A DNA stretch of 64,000 nucleotides, the filler included, from Hyphochytrium catenoides (taxonomy: Eukaryota > Protista > Hyphochytriomycota): the NCBI GenBank assembly GCA_900088475.1. It is 14 parts of 14 records of this genome, joined end to end, with 100 filler letters (N's around TTAATTAATTAA, not from the genome) between each part and the next. Parts side by side here need not be neighbours in the genome. Positions count along the whole stretch, not along the records: positions 59,570 to 60,692 come from FLMG01002249.1; positions 60,793 to 62,865 come from FLMG01002967.1; positions 62,966 to 64,000 come from FLMG01002991.1; 11 more parts are not named here. One strand, written 5' to 3'. The notes below the pieces were generated by a model. That model made no database searches. It was not told the DNA's origin and worked only from the letters and a program-made list of their open reading frames with translations. Within the stretch, counting starts at the first letter, position 1. Each line of letters begins with the position of its first letter. Of the stretch, positions 59,620 to 64,000 are shown piece after piece. The translations under genes were made by a program, and so were the position numbers.

Positions 59620-60664
59620 TTAGAGGCGCGGCAATACCTTTTCTAACGTGCTGGTGGCCACAACGGGTACTGCCGTGGCAAGCTCGTTCAGATACATACC
59701 AGCTTCTTTACCTCGCCGTCCGCCAATGATGTAGAAGTCCTCCAATGACCGAACTTGATCAACTGCGGAGTGTAGCACTCCGGGCAAATTGTCCCATTGG
59801 CTGAATAGGATGGCTTTTGGAAAGAGTAACCCTCGAGACTGGTAGAGAGTTAGGCTGAAGGCCAGCTTAAAGGGAAACTGGGTCCGCGAGGCCCTTCCGG
59901 TCTCAGGTCGATCATCCACGAATAGTTGTACCGGACGTAAGGTGATGATCCTGGACGCGGTCTTGCCAGGATCGTCCAATGCAACTTTGACGTAGGATGT
60001 GTCAGCTGCTATCTCACTGATTGTTCCAAATCTCCCAGGTCTCAAAAGCTCGCGGCCTACTTTGCAGCTTACCACAAGCACGATTCTGGCTCCCACCTTG
60101 ACCTTGACGCTAGCAGGTAAGTTGGTGCCATCAAGCAGATAAGACCAAGTCTGCGCATCACCTTTATCATACTCATCCTTTGCCTGGAGCAACGCAGTTG
60201 CTCCACTTGGCAGAAGCTCATCGAGGCATAGGCTGTTGATCTCATCAACGCCTATGTTTCTTCCATCTCCCCGCTGTGAGCTTTTTGTATGCGTGGTTAG
60301 CACTATTGGGGGAGGTTGATCGCGGTATCTTCTAAAGATCTCTCGCAGACACAATTTCAGAGCCTCCTTCCCCGAAAAATTTCCAATGACCCTGTCCTTA
60401 AGTACTCGTTTTGTAGCACTATCAAGCGGTTCGCCAGATCTGATACGGCTCGCAATCAGATCTAACGAGGAATCCTCGGTCTACATCCCACGGCCTAGTT
60501 AGATACAGTTCTTGTTCGTGTACATGGTAATAGGTCAGTCGACGTAAAGTGCGCACCGAAACTTCAGGCTCATCCATTACGAAGCGGTAACACCCTGGGC
60601 TCCAGTCCTTCAGCAGTAAGCGTAAGAGTCTCTCCTCCTTTCCTATTGAGGCATCAAAATGCAA
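59620..60664 (-). pseudogene. Degenerate PIF1-family helicase, C-terminal half
   Basis: VKVKVGARIVLV...GRFGTI...RTQFPFKLAFSLTLYQSRGL...PGVLHSAVDQVRSLEDFYI, against PIF1 consensus QFPL.LAWA.TIHKSQG...GQ.YVALSR; frameshift near 60480. Confidence 0.8.
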
Positions 60665-60968
60665 TAACTACTCATTGTAAGTGAGCAAAGGTNNNNNNNN
60701 NNNNNNNNNNNNNNNNNNNNNNNNNNNNNNNNNNNNTTAATTAATTAANNNNNNNNNNNNNNNNNNNNNNNNNNNNNNNNNNNNNNNNNNNNTGCCCTTG
60801 CAAGGCGAGGGAAGAATCAAAGCAATGCCTCTCTCAGCTCTTCGGTGCCTCTCTCCTATCTTTCTCTTCTGAACGTTTTTGCATCTCTGGCACTTACTGT
60901 TGGACTCTTTCTGTCCTTTTCTCTCTCTTCTCACTCTCTCTTTCATCGTTTCTCAGTTCGATAGTTAT

Positions 60969-62416
60969 TTAGATAAGAAATCGATCGTCCACCAGTGTCT
61001 TCTGACCCAGATTTCTATGCCCGAGCTGCCCTCTCAGTCCTTTAAGAGCCCAGTCAGTGACAAAAGTCACCAGGCAAGAGACAACAGTGTTATCCCACCA
61101 GTAGTCGCAAGCCGAGTACGTCTGCAGAGAGAGACAGACAGAAGAGTGAGAAAGAGAACAAGAGAGACAGAGAGAAAAAGTAGGGAGAAACAAGGAAAGA
61201 GAGACAGAGAGAAAAGAGCTAGAACAGAGAGACGGCGGTCACGGAAGAGAGAACTTATAGGAAACAGACGGTGAGGAAAGAGAGATGGTGAGACAGAGGA
61301 CTAAAGAGGAAGAGCCTCTGTGGCGTACCATCACATTAAAGAGCAGAAGATCTGTCTCAATGCCTAGAAAGAGCGTCTCTGCAAAGCGCTGATTGGACTC
61401 ATCTGCAAGAGAGAGAGAGAGATGATTTCGAGAGAGACAAGAGAAAAGCGAGTTAGACTAGAGACTCACCACGATATGAAAACAGTTGGAAGAGAGGTCA
61501 CGCTATAGGAGAGAAGAAGGAGAAAGAGTGAGAGTTTGAACATAGGGAGTAGGGGCCGAGATGGTGCCAGACACAGAGACAACCGAAGAGACAGAGGGAA
61601 ACAGAGAGAGAGAGGTAATGAAAGAAAGGAGAGGAACAACAGAAAGGGAGACGGGTTTGGAAGCAGAGGAAGTGACATCAATAAGAAAATGAAAGAGAGA
61701 CAGAGACAGAGAGAGACACAGAGAGCCCTACCAGGCATTAGGAGAGAGGTCCTGGAGCTTCCCATCTCTGGCGGGATCCTCAGCCATCGGTTGATGGGAG
61801 AGAACTCACTCCAGAGCTTCCAGCGATAATCTTCATCGTGCTGATCAATGAAGTTCTTCAGAAAGTTGCTGAGCTTCTTGCTTGCCTTCACCAGCCTCTG
61901 GCTCTGACTGTTAGCAGACGAAGCAAGGTGTAGAAGCTGAGAGAGAGAGAGCACAATATGTCAGAAGTGAGGTAGAACAATGAGAGAGAGTGAGAGAGAG
62001 TGAGAGAGAAAGAAGAAGAATGAGGGGAAAAAAACGTAGCTAAGAGGATAAAGAGAGAAAGGGGAACAAGAACCAGCTCAGCCTTAAGTTGCCATGGCGT
62101 CTCTCTTCCTTGCACTGCTGTTAGTCCTTTTATCTTCAAGCTAAACGTCTCTTTCTTCCCTCTTTATCTTTAAGAACTCTCTCTCTCTCTCTCTCTCTCC
62201 TCTCTCTCTTTCTTCACGCTGCACGCCTTATGTCCTGGGCTCTGTAACCCACTGACCTTCTTCTGTGCTAGCCTGTCCATAGAGGGCAGAGGCTGCACGA
62301 CTTGCTGCCGGTTGACCTGGTTCATATAGATTTTATCGTACTTTGACCGCCACGGCGCCGTCACCAACATCTCAAAGCATTGGGTCTCAGACGGAGCGCC
62401 TACAAAGTCAGCAAAG

Positions 62417-62447
<31 letters not shown>

Positions 62448-62809
62448 TTAGAGAGAAAGAGACAGGAAACGTGTGAGAAAGATAGAGAGGTGGCAGAGCG
62501 AGAGAAGCAAGAAGAACTTGAGAGACAAGACTATAAGACTGGGTAAGAGCGGAGGGCAGAGACACAAAGCAAGAGAAAGAACGGGAGAAAGAGAGAGAGA
62601 GAGGAAGAGGGTGGGGCAGAAGAGAGAGAACAAATAGAAGGGAGAGAGAAAGAGACTGTACCTTGCAGCCCTCTCCCTGCCATCAGCCCCGCCTCCTCCT
62701 GCTTGAGCTGCTCAGCGATGTCAAGCATTGTCCCGTCCGCGAACGGATAAGGTGACCGGCAATGAAGGTAATAGCCGTGATACTTCTCGTCCATGATAAG
62801 AGTGCTAAT
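60969..62809 (-). CDS. TMEM67: Meckelin (TMEM67/MKS3), last five exons (5'-truncated)
   Basis: Spliced ISTLIMDEKYHGYYLHCRSPYPFADGTM, LFLGIETDLLLFNVM and terminal GHRNLGQKTLVDDRFLI*, matching the meckelin C-terminus. Confidence 0.9.
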
Positions 62810-62967
62810 CTACACAGTGGGAGAAAGAGAGAGAGCAAGAGGGAAGAGAGAGAGAGGGGGGGGGGNNNNNNNNNNNNNNNNNNNNNNNNNNNNNNNNNNN
62901 NNNNNNNNNTTAATTAATTAANNNNNNNNNNNNNNNNNNNNNNNNNNNNNNNNNNNNNNNNNNNNAA

Positions 62968-64000
62968 AGGACTCAAAAGGTCCGAGAAGCACTACTAGAT
63001 GAGTGGTCTAATCCCACTCCAAGGCTCAAGCCTCACGCCAAGTTGACATTGCCTAATATTCGGCAGTTGAGGTCCCATAAAGGTGCTACTTTTCGACAAA
63101 AAGAAGGAATTGATCGTGACCATCAAGATGGATTTCCATCAAAAAGTAAAGGTCTAAGGCATTCACGGATGCCGAAGCTGACCAGAAAGACAGCCATTGG
63201 TGTGGAGTCTAAGAGGTATCGCCTCTTGCTGGACTTCTTCCAGCGTCATAAGGGTAGAGTTCCCAGAAAGGAATTGCGAGGGCGCTATAAGATGCTATTG
63301 CATCGCCGTGGGTCTCAGTACGAGTCATCAGTCACAGACACTGATGACGAGAATGGGAGTCAAAGTTCGTCAGTTGACTCCAGCCCTCATCCATTTACTT
63401 CTTCAGATGAAGAGGATGGTAGCGTCAATGAGTTCTATTCTGATTTTTCAGTACCTAGCGAAGAAATTAGTTCTTCGTCTCAAGATGAAAAGTCAGATGT
63501 GGACATAGGAGAGATGCCGCTAGGGCGCAAAAGCTCTAAGAGAAAAAGGGTTAGTCGCCAAAGGTTGGTCCAAAGTACGCGTAAGCGTGGGAGTAGACAA
63601 ACCTCCGAGGGAGAGTACCGTTGCCATAAAGCGGAGAGTTCATCCGCCTCCTCCGTCACATCGGAAGGAGAAAGTGATCGTGCTAGTTCAACTTCATCAA
63701 ACCCCCCATATCGCCTCTATTCTAAAGGAGGTCAACAAAGAACTGCACCTTCACAAATGATTGTGCAACAGCAGAGGGATTGCCCTCTTACTTTTGTGGG
63801 GTTTGTACGGCAAGAGGACCAACGAAACTTATCTGAGCACAGCACTACTGATCTCTCTCAATTTTTGGAGATGATCGATGTAGAAGCTACTTCACAAGGA
63901 TTGGGAGATGAAGAAGTTCGATGTCTGATAATCAGAGGACTTCGTAAAGATGCTCTTGAATGGTATACAGGAGTAGCTCGAGACCCTAAGAAAGTTGGTA
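62968..64000 (+). mobile_element. Open frame (344 codons, no start or stop inside the window) ending in a retrotransposon gag-like segment
   Basis: Frame is stop-free from 62968 to 64000 and absent from the ORF track. A Ser/Arg-rich linker leads to DLSQFLEMIDVEATSQGLGDEEVRCLIIRGLRKDALEWY, like Ty3/Gypsy capsid 'L.g.A..W'. Confidence 0.55.

Overview
Eukaryotic DNA, not prokaryotic: GT-AG introns with CT-rich tracts and a ciliary TMEM67 gene indicate a flagellated/ciliated protist, possibly a stramenopile (inference). The window is a pseudomolecule of about 14 contigs joined by artificial 100-bp linkers (N44-TTAATTAATTAA-N44), so adjacency across linkers is not biological. Host genes: UPF0014/FetB-STAR2-like permease, tyrosine aminotransferase, MFSD5/MOT2, a TPR protein, the 3' end of TMEM67, and a ZZ-finger membrane protein with a PHTF-like C-terminus. 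The rest is rich in mobile or repeated DNA: a Polinton/virophage-type rve integrase next to an NCLDV-like C2H2 gene and a JmjC gene, Copia remnants, a gag-like frame, a degenerate PIF1, several minisatellites and a duplicated 2.6-kb unit. Best candidate for an undescribed system: contig 9295-21125 carries an intronless ~1,830-aa ORF (C2H2 fingers, DUF3505/OrsD-like zinc domain, cryptic tyrosine-recombinase motif set, RecQ helicase, Cys-rich tail). It is paired head-to-head with a Cys-repeat/Ulp1-type protease gene, and a diverged paralogue of the tail sits at 42763-43455. This suggests a family of tyrosine-recombinase/RecQ mobile elements related to fungal 'telomere-linked helicases'. All family assignments come from motif recognition by eye; no searches were run.
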